From the NCBI GenBank assembly GCA_963729625.1, contig CAVSOU010000011.1, positions 448,001 to 512,000 of the forward strand: a DNA stretch of 64,000 nucleotides, given 5' to 3'. Position numbers and translations under genes: made by a program. The number at the start of each line of letters is the position of its first letter. Position 1 is the first letter of the stretch. Below, one piece after another: positions 1 to 10,324 of this stretch. The DNA comes from an uncultured bacterium (lineage in GTDB: Bacteria > Chloroflexota > UBA5177 > JANWHV01). Below the pieces are notes generated by a model, which was not told where the DNA came from, ran no database searches, and worked only from the letters and a program-made list of their open reading frames with translations.

Positions 1-1560
1 GTCTGTATGGAATGTGGCAGCGTCTGCGGCTTCCTGAAGGTCCATTCCAAACTCGACCACGTTCAGGAAGAACTGCAACGTCCACTGGTCTTGCTGATCG
101 CCGCCGGGCGTACCGAACACCATATGCGGCCGGCCGGCACGCATGACCAACGACGGAGTGAGTGTGGTGCGAGGTCGCTTTCCGGGTGCAAGACAGTTGG
201 GATGACCGGGGTCAAGCGAGAACATCTGCGCTCTGGTGCCAAGAGGAAAGCCCAGCCCTTCAACCACGGGCGAGCTCGAAATCCATGCGCCGGACGGAGT
301 TGCACTGATCATCAGGCCCTCGTTGTCGATTGCATCCAGATGGGTGGTGTCGCGCCGGTGAACACGCACGTCTTCGGGCGCCTTCGCACCGGCTCTATCC
401 AGCGCGCCCGGTCGGATCGTGATCGAAGCACGATTGGGGTCGATGAGAGCTCTGCGTTGCTGTGCATACTCACGCGAAAGCAGTCGCTGCAACGGCACAT
501 CATTGAATAGCGGATCGGCGTAATACGCATCGCGGTCCGCGAATGCCAGTTTCGCTGCTTCGACGAGCGTATGTACGTAGGCAGGGGTGTTGTGTCCGAG
601 CGCATGCAGATCGTAGCCTTCGAGCAGGCGAAGCTGCTGGAGAAATACGGGTCCCTGCGTCCAGGTGTCGCATTTGTATACGTCGTACCCGCGATACTCG
701 GCGTGGACCGGTTCGTCCACACGTGAGCGATAGGAACCAAAGTCGTCAAGCGACAGCAGGCCGCTGTGCGCCCTGCCGGAATGGTCGACAACCAGGGTGT
801 TCGCGGCGAATTCGGCGATGGCGCGAGAGATCGGGCCACGGTAGAATACGTCGCGAGCTGCCTGCAGCGCTGCTGACCGGTCCGCGCCTGCCCGAATGGC
901 AAGAGCCTCGGCTTCGATCGTCTTGCTCATTGCCGCCGCCCAATCTGGCTGCCGGAGACGATCGCCCACTGCGGGCGGGGCTCCGCCGGGCAGGTAGATG
1001 GCCGCGGACGTCGGCCACTGGTTTCTGAACGTCTCTTGCTGCCTGGCAATCGCGCGCCGCAAGCCGGGATACACCGCGAAGCCGTCTGCCGCCAACTCCA
1101 GGGCCGGCTCCATTACATCGTACAGCGACATGGTTCCGAAGTCGCTGAGCGCCGTCACCCATGCGTCAAAGGCAGCCGGTACTGTCGCAGCCAACAGGCC
1201 GCTACCTGGGATGAGCGATATGCCCTCTTCCTGGAAGTACCCGATAGTCGCTCGTGCGGGCGCGGTGCCCTGGCCGCTAATGGAAACGACGCGGCGCGTA
1301 CGCGGGCTATAAATGAGCATCGGCGCCTCGCCCGCTATTCCGTTATCCTGCGGCTTGACCACGGCCAGGGCCAGCCCGGTCGCTACTGCGGCGTCGACCG
1401 CATTTCCGCCCCGCGCGTACATGCGCAGTCCCGCCGCGCTTGCGAGATAGTGGCCGGACGTGATCACGCCACGACGGCCCTGGATCACGGGTCGTGTAGT
1501 ATGCCGAATGCCGGTGTGTCGCTCCGCTTTGCTCGGGTTGGCCGAGACCGCCTGTGCCAT
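1..1560 (-). CDS. ggt: gamma-glutamyltransferase family protein (3' end runs off the window)
   Basis: Not in the ORF track because it has no stop in the window. Manual translation gives MAQAV...TTRPVIQGRRGVITSGHYLA, the nucleophile region RDTTHLDAIDNEGLMISATPSG and FGTPGGDQQDQWTLQFFLNVVEFGMDLQEA. Its ATG overlaps the leuD-like TGA. Confidence 0.9.
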   Translation of the reverse strand, partial: MAQAVSANPSKAERHTGIRHTTRPVIQGRRGVITSGHYLASAAGLRMYARGGNAVDAAVATGLALAVVKPQDNGIAGEAPMLIYSPRTRRVVSISGQGTAPARATIGYFQEEGISLIPGSGLLAATVPAAFDAWVTALSDFGTMSLYDVMEPALELAADGFAVYPGLRRAIARQQETFRNQWPTSAAIYLPGGAPPAVGDRLRQPDWAAAMSKTIEAEALAIRAGADRSAALQAARDVFYRGPISRAIAEFAANTLVVDHSGRAHSGLLSLDDFGSYRSRVDEPVHAEYRGYDVYKCDTWTQGPVFLQQLRLLEGYDLHALGHNTPAYVHTLVEAAKLAFADRDAYYADPLFNDVPLQRLLSREYAQQRRALIDPNRASITIRPGALDRAGAKAPEDVRVHRRDTTHLDAIDNEGLMISATPSGAWISSSPVVEGLGFPLGTRAQMFSLDPGHPNCLAPGKRPRTTLTPSLVMRAGRPHMVFGTPGGDQQDQWTLQFFLNVVEFGMDLQEAADAATFHTD

Positions 1561-2060
1561 CACACGATCTCGCTTCGGCGGAGCTTGCGCTCAAGATAGG
1601 GCACAAGCCCACCTGCGCGAATCAGGTCCAGGATGTGCCCGGTGAAGGCATCCGCAGCGAATGCTTCTCCGGTATCCAGAATCTCGATACGACCGGCTTC
1701 GACGTCGACACGCAGGCGCTGGCCCGCCTTCACACTGCGAGCACTGGCGCACACGATGACAGGAAGGCCAAGGTTGATGGCGTTTCGATAGAAGATGCGA
1801 GCGAACGAGAGCGCAACTACTGCCGCCACGCCGGCACACTTGATCGCTCCCGGCGCCGATTCGCGACTCGATCCGCAGCCGAAGTTCGCTCCTCCGACCA
1901 TGATGTCTCCCGGCAGGACTCTCGATGCAAAATCGGGATCAATACCCTCCATGACATGCGCGGCGCCTTCCTCGGAGGTGAACTTCAGGTACTTTCCTGG
2001 CAGTATGACGTCCGTATTGACATCGTCGCCGAAACACCAGGCGGCGCCCTCCAGGATCAT
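1560..2060 (-). CDS. leuD: 3-isopropylmalate dehydratase/homoaconitase-family small subunit
   Basis: FGDDVNTDVILP and NFGCGSSRESAP motifs; ATG at 2060 with GGAG upstream. The symbol is family-level and the substrate is uncertain. Confidence 0.85.
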   Translation of the reverse strand: MILEGAAWCFGDDVNTDVILPGKYLKFTSEEGAAHVMEGIDPDFASRVLPGDIMVGGANFGCGSSRESAPGAIKCAGVAAVVALSFARIFYRNAINLGLPVIVCASARSVKAGQRLRVDVEAGRIEILDTGEAFAADAFTGHILDLIRAGGLVPYLERKLRRSEIV

Positions 2061-2073
2061 GGCGTTCTCCCGT

Positions 2074-3333
2074 CTATGAGACATACTGGCGAGGATCCGC
2101 GATCCGGCCCTCCAGCGCGGACGCGGCGACAGTGGCCGGCGATGCAAGGTACACCTCGGCATCGGCGCTGCCCATCCGCCCTCGGAAGTTCCTGTTCGTG
2201 GAAGAGATACAGCGTACCGTTCCCTTCAGAGCATTCAGACCTACGCCAAGGCAGGCGCCACAGGATGTCGGAAGAAACTGCGCGCCGGCGTCGCGCAACA
2301 CGTCGACAATGCCGTCCCTCACCGCATGTTCCAGGATTTCTTTCGAGGCCGGGGCGATCTGCAGCAGCGTGCCTTGATGCACCCGCCTACCGCGCAGTAC
2401 GTCCGCGACCCGGGCCAGATCGTAGTATTTTGCACCGGTGCAAGCGCCTATATACGCTTGGTCGATCGGTGTACCCGCGGCTTCGTCGACATCCACACCA
2501 TTGTCGGGCGAATGCGGTAGCGCAACCTGTGGTACGAGCTTTGCAGCGTCGTCCTCAAACAGTCCGGCATAGATGGCATCGTCGTCCGGCAGGACTGGAG
2601 TCGGATTTCGCATTCCTCTCCGCTCAAGGTAGTCGCACACGACGTCGTCCGCGGCGACAATACCTGCCTTGCCTCCCAGCTCGATGGTCATGTTGCTGAG
2701 GACCAGTCGCTCGTCCAAAGGCAGATTGCGCACGCCCGATCCGGTGTACTCGATCGACTTATAGGTCGCTCCATCGCAGCGTAACCGCCGAAGCGTCGAC
2801 AAGATCATGTCCTTCGCCATCACGCCCGGCGCCAGCTTGCCGTTCCACCGTACCTCGATCGTTTCCGGCACGCGCAGCCATATCTCGCCCGTAGCGACCA
2901 CGCCCAGGATCTCGGTTGAGCCGACTGGTACGGCCATGCAGCCGAGTGCGCCGGCAGTTACACTGTGGGAGTCCGCACCCACCATCAACATGCCCGGCCA
3001 CACATAGCCTCTCTCGATGCTGACAATGTGCATGATGCCTTCAAAGAAATGGAACTTGCGCACGCCCTTCGCCTCGACCCACTCGCGCGTCACTCTCTGG
3101 ATGTCGGCCTCGACGTTGTCTGTCGCGGGAACGAAGTGGTCGCTGATCACGCACACCTTCTCAGCGTCCCAGACCTTGCCGCCAAGCCGTTCTAGACCTG
3201 GACCGATGCGCCGTGGCCCGCTGGTATCGCTCATGAGGGCGAGATCGACTGCCGCCCAAACAATGTCGCCGGGCTCAACGTGGTCGTGCCCTGACGCGCG
3301 AGCAAGGATTTTCTGCGCAATAGTCGATCCCAT
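2074..3333 (-). CDS. leuC: 3-isopropylmalate dehydratase/homoaconitase-family large subunit (4Fe-4S aconitase superfamily)
   Basis: TIAQKILA, GADSHS, IGACTG, CGACLG and STNRNFRGRMG motifs. The symbol is family-level. Confidence 0.88.
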   Translation of the reverse strand: MGSTIAQKILARASGHDHVEPGDIVWAAVDLALMSDTSGPRRIGPGLERLGGKVWDAEKVCVISDHFVPATDNVEADIQRVTREWVEAKGVRKFHFFEGIMHIVSIERGYVWPGMLMVGADSHSVTAGALGCMAVPVGSTEILGVVATGEIWLRVPETIEVRWNGKLAPGVMAKDMILSTLRRLRCDGATYKSIEYTGSGVRNLPLDERLVLSNMTIELGGKAGIVAADDVVCDYLERRGMRNPTPVLPDDDAIYAGLFEDDAAKLVPQVALPHSPDNGVDVDEAAGTPIDQAYIGACTGAKYYDLARVADVLRGRRVHQGTLLQIAPASKEILEHAVRDGIVDVLRDAGAQFLPTSCGACLGVGLNALKGTVRCISSTNRNFRGRMGSADAEVYLASPATVAASALEGRIADPRQYVS

Positions 3334-3561
3334 CAGAAGACCTTTCGGGTGCTTGGGGGAGGTTCGCGGCACGGCTCCGTGTGTAGGAGAGTGTATTGCG
3401 ATCGCGCACGATGCGACAAGAAGAGCCGGTTTGCGGGTGCGCTCCCCGCTTGTTGGGCATTTCGCCAGGCGCTAGACTAGACCTAGCGGGACTCTGTGCA
3501 GGAGGGTGCCGCGCTCTTGGACTAGCGCATTTCACCGCCACTCAGTTGGGAGACGCGTCCA

Positions 3562-3813
3562 GTGACCTATGTAATAACCGAGCCATGCATCAATGTGAAG
3601 GATGCCGCGTGCGTGGCAGTGTGCCCAGTAGATTGCATCTATACAAAAGATGATGATGACATGTACTACATCCACCCGGATGAGTGCATTGACTGTGGCG
3701 CCTGCGAGCCCGAGTGTCCGGTGACCGCGATTTTTGCCGAGGACGAGGTGCCGGCAGACCAGACCAGGTTCATTCAAATCAACGCCGACTACTTCAAGAA
3801 CCGGGGTAGCTGA
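3562..3813 (+). CDS. fdxA: ferredoxin (FdxA-type dicluster)
   Basis: YVITEPC..KDAACVAVCPVDCI and ECIDCGACEPECP motifs; GTG start after GGGGAG. Confidence 0.92.
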   Translation: MTYVITEPCINVKDAACVAVCPVDCIYTKDDDDMYYIHPDECIDCGACEPECPVTAIFAEDEVPADQTRFIQINADYFKNRGS

Positions 3814-4051
3814 CACGTACGCTTCTGGCAGGCACCACATACTCTCTGCGTCTATGGGTGATCCGATCCGGTGAAGATCTCCGAGCGCTGGCCAGGTGCC
3901 TTGCCTGAAAGCGCAGCAGAACTCCAGTTGACCATTGACGCCGCAGTGCCACGGATCCATCCCTGCTACACCCAAGCACAGTCGGTCTGCCGAGTCGACA
4001 GTGCTGCGCTGCCGGTCTTCCGAGACACTGCGCCAGGTATGCGAGACGCGA

Positions 4052-4492
4052 CTACGCTTTCCCGTTGGTAGCCTGCGCACTCTCGCGGACGATGAACACG
4101 CGGCTTGTCGCGTGCTCGAGCACATACGGCACGGTGCGGCCCATGTCGAACCGGCTAAAGCGATAACGGGGCACCAAGCCCATGATGATCAACGAGCAAT
4201 CTCGGTCGCGCGCCTCATCCACGATGCCCGGCCCAGCGTCGCGAGCTTGCACGACCTCTGCCTCAACCTCGTAGTTGGCTTCCTCGGCCGCCTCGATAGC
4301 GCGATCGAGAATCTCGTCGACCTCTGCGTCCTGCAGATGCGCGTCAAGCGGAAGGTTGCGTGGCACCTCCATGACGTGTACGACATAGACGTGGCTCCGG
4401 CTGTGCTTCGCCATGAAGCAGGCCATCCTGACAAGATCCCCGTCGATGACGTTCCCAGATAGGGCTACCAGGATATTGCGGGAACCCGACAT
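4052..4492 (-). CDS. universal stress protein (USP) domain protein
   Basis: RNILVAL, VYVVHVMEVP, IVDEARDRDCSLIIMG and MGRTVPYVLEHATSRVFIVR follow the USP fold pattern. Confidence 0.85.
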   Translation of the reverse strand: MSGSRNILVALSGNVIDGDLVRMACFMAKHSRSHVYVVHVMEVPRNLPLDAHLQDAEVDEILDRAIEAAEEANYEVEAEVVQARDAGPGIVDEARDRDCSLIIMGLVPRYRFSRFDMGRTVPYVLEHATSRVFIVRESAQATNGKA

Positions 4493-4648
4493 GCCCCTCT
4501 TCGCTAGTTCCCGACTGTCTTTTTGCGTGAACGGAACCAAAGCACCTCTCGCTTACGTTGCACTGCGCCACCGCGTCGTGGAAGTTACTTGCGGTTTTCG
4601 CCCACTATGGTACACCGGCACGATGTCTCGCTGATGCGCATCAGCTCG

Positions 4649-4852
4649 CTACTGCAGTCGAGAGCGATTGTGCCAGAGGAGAAGTCGCGCGGCTCCATTG
4701 AGCACAAGTAGCACGGCGATGACGATCCCGATGGGTGGATCGACGTATCCCGGCGCCACGAGCGCGGCGACCACGAGAGCGGTTGCGGCGATGAATGAGA
4801 CCAGGGCCAGCGGAATTTGCGTGCTGGGGCCCGTGAGCAAGCGCTGGCTCAC
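4649..4852 (-). CDS. small two-TM membrane protein
   Basis: 67 aa with two hydrophobic stretches; its start has a GTGA 4-bp overlap with the stop of the GAF gene. Confidence 0.6.
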   Translation of the reverse strand: MSQRLLTGPSTQIPLALVSFIAATALVVAALVAPGYVDPPIGIVIAVLLVLNGAARLLLWHNRSRLQ

Positions 4853-5418
4853 CGGCCTGACGAGCCCCAGAAGGACTCCACGGTCTCGTGGTACGTCCGG
4901 TTAAGCGCGTCATACATGCGAGCATTTTCTATGGCCAGAGCACAGATATCGGCCAGGGCCTGCAGGAATTCCACCTCACCCGTACCAAATACGTGCTCTT
5001 CGCCCGTGTACACGCGCATGACGCCGATCGGCAGTCCGTGGCGGATGAGCGGCGCGCAAAGCACAGAAGTGATTCCCTCGCGTGCCAGCTCGTCGGGATA
5101 CTGAAGCCGTGTGTCGGTTGCCACGTTGCCAACCGCGACAGTCGCACCAAGCAGCGCCTCGCGATCAATCTTGCTTCCTGACACCTCGACGGCGCCTTTG
5201 TTCAAGTATTTTTCACTCAGACCGAACGAGCTCACCAGTTCCAGTTGGTTGCCGCCCTCGTCCAGAAGCCTGATCGAACTGGCCTTAGCCCGCATCGCCC
5301 CGGCAACACTTTGCACGACCGCACTCAGCGTGTCGCGTAGATCGAGTGAGGAATTGACGAGGCAGGCGACGCGGTACAGCGCACGATAGTATGCATGCTC
5401 ATCAGTCTGCACGGACAT
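4849..5418 (-). CDS. stand-alone GAF domain protein
   Basis: NSSLDLRDTL..SIRLLDE..SVLCAPLI..IGVMRVY..EVEFLQALADICALAIENARMY; ATG 5418 with a GGAGGGG RBS. The longer ORF in the track is an unlikely extension. Confidence 0.85.
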   Translation of the reverse strand: MSVQTDEHAYYRALYRVACLVNSSLDLRDTLSAVVQSVAGAMRAKASSIRLLDEGGNQLELVSSFGLSEKYLNKGAVEVSGSKIDREALLGATVAVGNVATDTRLQYPDELAREGITSVLCAPLIRHGLPIGVMRVYTGEEHVFGTGEVEFLQALADICALAIENARMYDALNRTYHETVESFWGSSGR

Positions 5419-5723
5419 TCCCCTCCACGCGACGGGCGTTTCCCTGTATGGTAGTTGCTTCGTCCGCCATTGGTAAAGAGTCGCCGCGTCAACGTTGCAG
5501 CAGCCGCGGGCTGTGAGTTCGCCCGCGCAATCGTTTCGTGGTATCCGATGGCCACGCAGAACGTGGCAGCGGGGCAGTGGATGCTGGTTAGCTCGTGCGG
5601 CAGAGACGGAGCCACCTTGTGCCAGGTAGTGCCGCCGTCGCCGCTCGAACAGGGAACTTGGGCAGCTGGGCTGTCGCTGCTTCTTCATACGGATCGACGT
5701 GCTCGAGCAGCGTAAGCGTTGCA

Positions 5724-6320
5724 CTATGAGCGAAGGCTGACCTGCCAGAAACGGGCAATATAGTCGGCGGCCGACGCCACTGTCATGATCGTTGCCAGCC
5801 ACAGCCCTGCCTGTACTGGAGCGGGCGGGGACGACATCGGGAAGGCCAGCGTGAACGCGAGCGCGACAAGCGTGACGGTCGTCTTCCACTTGCCCAGCAG
5901 GCTTGCCGAGATTACCTTGCCCGTAGTGGCGGCCTGGCTCCTGATCCCGGAGATGACAAACTCTCTGGCCACGATCAAGGCGGCCATCCACGACGGCACT
6001 GCGCCGGTGCCGACAAGGACGATGAGCACCGTCGAGACAAGCACCTTGTCCGCCGCGAGGTCGATGAACACACCCAGTGTACTCACGACCTTCCAGCGCC
6101 GCGCCAGATAGCCGTCGAGGTAGTCGGTGACCGCAGCCAGAACGAAGAGCGGGATCGTCACGAAGCGCAGCCCCTCCGCGTTGATCAGGAGGAGAAGCGC
6201 GAGCGCGGGCGAGCTCAAGAGGCGAAAAAGGCTGAGGCCGTTTGGCAGCGCACGCCGCGTGCGGCCCGCACTGGTGGAAGCGGACGTCGGAGAGCGCTGA
6301 GGTGTCGGAGAAGCGCTCAC
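5724..6320 (-). CDS. pgsA: CDP-diacylglycerol--glycerol-3-phosphate 3-phosphatidyltransferase
   Basis: LPNGLSLFRL, DYLDGYLARRWKVVSTLGVFIDLAADK (CDP-alcohol phosphotransferase motif) and GKWKT. Confidence 0.88.
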   Translation of the reverse strand: MSASPTPQRSPTSASTSAGRTRRALPNGLSLFRLLSSPALALLLLINAEGLRFVTIPLFVLAAVTDYLDGYLARRWKVVSTLGVFIDLAADKVLVSTVLIVLVGTGAVPSWMAALIVAREFVISGIRSQAATTGKVISASLLGKWKTTVTLVALAFTLAFPMSSPPAPVQAGLWLATIMTVASAADYIARFWQVSLRS

Positions 6321-6327
6321 TCCTCGA

Positions 6328-6819
6328 TCACCGGTAGTTGATGAATTGAATTGGAACTGGATAGTCCTTCTCGCGCAAAAGCCGTTGAACGCCCTGGAGC
6401 TCGTCCTTACTCTTGCTCACCACGCGGACCGCGTCGCCCTGAATCTGCGACTTGACCTTGGGGAAGTTGTCGCGCAAGAGCTTGGTGATTTGCCTTGCCA
6501 GATCCTGATTCAAACCTTGCTGCAGCGCAGCAGTCAGGCGCACCGTTCCTCCTGATGCTTCCTCAGGATCCGCGAACTTCAGGATCTTCAGCGACAACTT
6601 GCGGCTTACCATCTTTGACTGCAGGATATCCTTTACGGCGTTGAGGGCCATGGTCGACGGCGCCGTAAACTTCAGCTCGGTCTTCTCTATCTCGATCGTG
6701 GCGCCGCTGTCCTTGAGATCGTAGCGAGTGTGAACCTCGCGAAGCGTTTGGTCCACGGCGTTCAGCAACTCCTGGTGGTCGAACTCGGAAACAATATCGA
6801 ACGAAGCCTCGGAAGCCAT
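6328..6819 (-). CDS. yajQ: YajQ family nucleotide/c-di-GMP-binding protein
   Basis: SFDIVSEFDHQELLNAVDQ..RYDLK..IQGDAVRVVSKSKDELQ..QFINYR. Confidence 0.93.
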   Translation of the reverse strand: MASEASFDIVSEFDHQELLNAVDQTLREVHTRYDLKDSGATIEIEKTELKFTAPSTMALNAVKDILQSKMVSRKLSLKILKFADPEEASGGTVRLTAALQQGLNQDLARQITKLLRDNFPKVKSQIQGDAVRVVSKSKDELQGVQRLLREKDYPVPIQFINYR

Positions 6820-6897
6820 CGCACACTCCTTTCCAATATCACTCAGAGTAAACCCTGGCGGATGGCACTGTCGCCCAAACCGCGAAGACGCACAGGC

Positions 6898-7260
6898 TCA
6901 GAGAACGTGGAAGGCAAACAGGGCCACCGTTAAAACAACAAGCACGACCAGCGAGGCTGCGGCGTAGGTCAAAGGTGTAAATGCTGTCCGCGTGCTCACC
7001 TGCGACAATGGACGAGTTGCGACGGCCGCGGGTCGCGCCTCTCGATAAAGAGCTAGGGCCTGGTTGGGATCGACGCCGAGGTAGAGCGCGTAATTGCGAA
7101 TTGCGCCCTTCGTGTACACGTCATCCGGCAGCTCGTCGAGCCGATCTGCTTCGAGAGCCTCGAGGCGAGCCCGATCGATGCGCGTCTCAGCTTCGACCTG
7201 CGTCAGTTTGGTCTTCTTGGCGTTTCGTGCTTCTCGTAGGGTCTCCCCGAGTGTAGGCAA
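6898..7260 (-). CDS. RodZ-like HTH protein with a C-terminal TM (short form)
   Basis: LGETLREAR..TRIDRARLEALE..YTKGAIRNYALYLG followed by a hydrophobic helix. The start codon is TTG and approximate. Confidence 0.8.
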   Translation of the reverse strand: MPTLGETLREARNAKKTKLTQVEAETRIDRARLEALEADRLDELPDDVYTKGAIRNYALYLGVDPNQALALYREARPAAVATRPLSQVSTRTAFTPLTYAAASLVVLVVLTVALFAFHVL

Positions 7261-7464
7261 CCATCGAACTCCTTTGTCGCTGTTCCGTGGCGGTGATCAG
7301 CATAGCCAGCGGTGTTCGCGGCGTCAAGATCCGGACTGCAATCGTCTAGCCGTCCAGCCCTTCTTCTTCATCTGGCCATCATCTCTTCTCTGTAGAGTAG
7401 GAAGCAGAGACGGAACAGGCCTCTTCATGCAGTGTGCGGCCAATAGTCACGAAAGTGCATCACG

Positions 7465-8547
7465 ATGACAATAGATACCGAGAGGATCCTCGAGCGGTTG
7501 CCCTCTTTGCTCGGAGTCCGCCGCGATCCGGCGAAGACCTCGTCATATGCCCTCCTCCCGCTGCGCCTGTTCTTCGGCGCTACGTTTGTGTATGCAGGGC
7601 TTCAGAAACTCACGGATCCGCAGTTCTTCAGTCCCACAGCACCAGGCTTCATCGGCCACCAGATGAGCGGGTTTGTTCGCGCCGGATCGCCGATGGCGGG
7701 GCTCCTCAATGCGATCGCGATTCCCCATGCGGCGGAGTTTGGCGCGCTCATCGCCTTCTGTGAGATCTGGGTCGGTTTGTCCGCCCTCGTCGGACTCATG
7801 ACGCGCCTTGGCGCTCTCGGCGGGCTGGCCACCAGCCTCACATTCTACCTGACTGCAACCTGGTCAACGCATCCATACTTCCTGGGTGCCGACCTGCCGT
7901 ACGCCTTAGGCTGGCTGACGTTGGCACTGGCCGGACCTGACGCCCTAACCCTGGACAACTACTTCTTTAGCGTGGCACGGACCCAGGCAATCGAGAGCGC
8001 GCGAGCCCAGCAACGTAAGCGCCAGAAGTCCCTCATCCAGGTGCCAGTTCGAGCCGCTACGGTGCCGAGAATAGCCGCACTGCGCGGGCTAGGAACGGCA
8101 GCGGGACTGATCGTGGGAGGCGGTTTCGTGGGTTTGATTGCCAAGATGCTGACGGCCAACGATGTGCTGGCCAGCGGCGCTCAGGCCCTCCCAGCCACCG
8201 GATCCGCCGCGTCGGCGGGCAGTGGGTCCCTGACCGGCTCGACCCTGCTCGGCAGTGTGAAGTCGTTGGCCGTCAACAGTGCCGCGTCGTACACCGATCC
8301 GCGGTCCGGTGATCCTGCCCTGCTTATCCACCTGCCGGATGGCAAGTTCGTAGCGTATGATGCGGTGTGCACGCACGCAGGCTGCACGGTGCAATACGAC
8401 CCGACTCAGCAGCAAATGGTGTGCCCGTGTCATGGCGCGGCGTTCGACCCCGCGCGCTCCGCGGCCGTGATCAATGGACCCGCACAGCAGCCCCTCTCGG
8501 CGCTGAATGTCACGGTCGACGCTAAAGGCAACGCCTACTCCGCATAG
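7465..8547 (+). CDS. DoxX/TQO small subunit (DoxD)-like membrane domain fused to a Rieske 2Fe-2S domain
   Basis: LLPLRLFFGATFVYAGLQKL (DoxX) with several TMs; C-terminal CTHAGC and CPCHG Rieske motifs. Confidence 0.85.
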   Translation: MTIDTERILERLPSLLGVRRDPAKTSSYALLPLRLFFGATFVYAGLQKLTDPQFFSPTAPGFIGHQMSGFVRAGSPMAGLLNAIAIPHAAEFGALIAFCEIWVGLSALVGLMTRLGALGGLATSLTFYLTATWSTHPYFLGADLPYALGWLTLALAGPDALTLDNYFFSVARTQAIESARAQQRKRQKSLIQVPVRAATVPRIAALRGLGTAAGLIVGGGFVGLIAKMLTANDVLASGAQALPATGSAASAGSGSLTGSTLLGSVKSLAVNSAASYTDPRSGDPALLIHLPDGKFVAYDAVCTHAGCTVQYDPTQQQMVCPCHGAAFDPARSAAVINGPAQQPLSALNVTVDAKGNAYSA

Positions 8548-8585
8548 GTTCGCGGTTGGTTCTCCCTACGACTGCACGTTACGCG

Positions 8586-8616
8586 AGGGCGCCTGAGGGG
8601 CGCCCTTCTCTATTCT
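8586..8616 (+). terminator. putative intrinsic terminator after the DoxX-Rieske gene
   Basis: AGGGCGCC...GGCGCCCT hairpin followed by a pyrimidine-rich tract. Confidence 0.4.
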
Positions 8617-8735
8617 CCAGACGGTTACCTGGAATGGCATAATGTCGCCAACCCGATAGACTTTCTGTTATATTGAGCCGGGTGGTGAAGAACTGGTGCG
8701 GCTCTGCCCTGCTCACGCCGACAACACCAGCCTGA

Positions 8736-10100
<1,365 letters not shown>

Positions 10101-10324
10101 CCTCGTTAGTAGCCAGCCGACATGCATGGGTAGGCTGCCCTGATACCGCGGCATCGCGGCAGCCTACCGATCGATGGTTGACAGGGCAGTCGCGTATAGG
10201 GCAGCCGACAGCGTTCGAAGCAGACCGCGCTACCCAGGCGCCTCCATTGAAATCACGGCCCGGGCGCACCCACCGCAGTGGGTCGCCGCCGCCATGACAT
10301 CGCTATGTCAGGCTTGGAACGCAG

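Noticed and set aside
7-510. + strand ORFs at the window start (also 1036-1599 and 1554-2699)
   Set aside because: Shadow frames of the minus-strand ggt/leuD/leuC-like genes.
3469-3528. GCGCTAG...CTAGCGC inverted repeat upstream of the ferredoxin gene
   Set aside because: 7-bp arms with a long spacer and no match to an RNA family I recognise.
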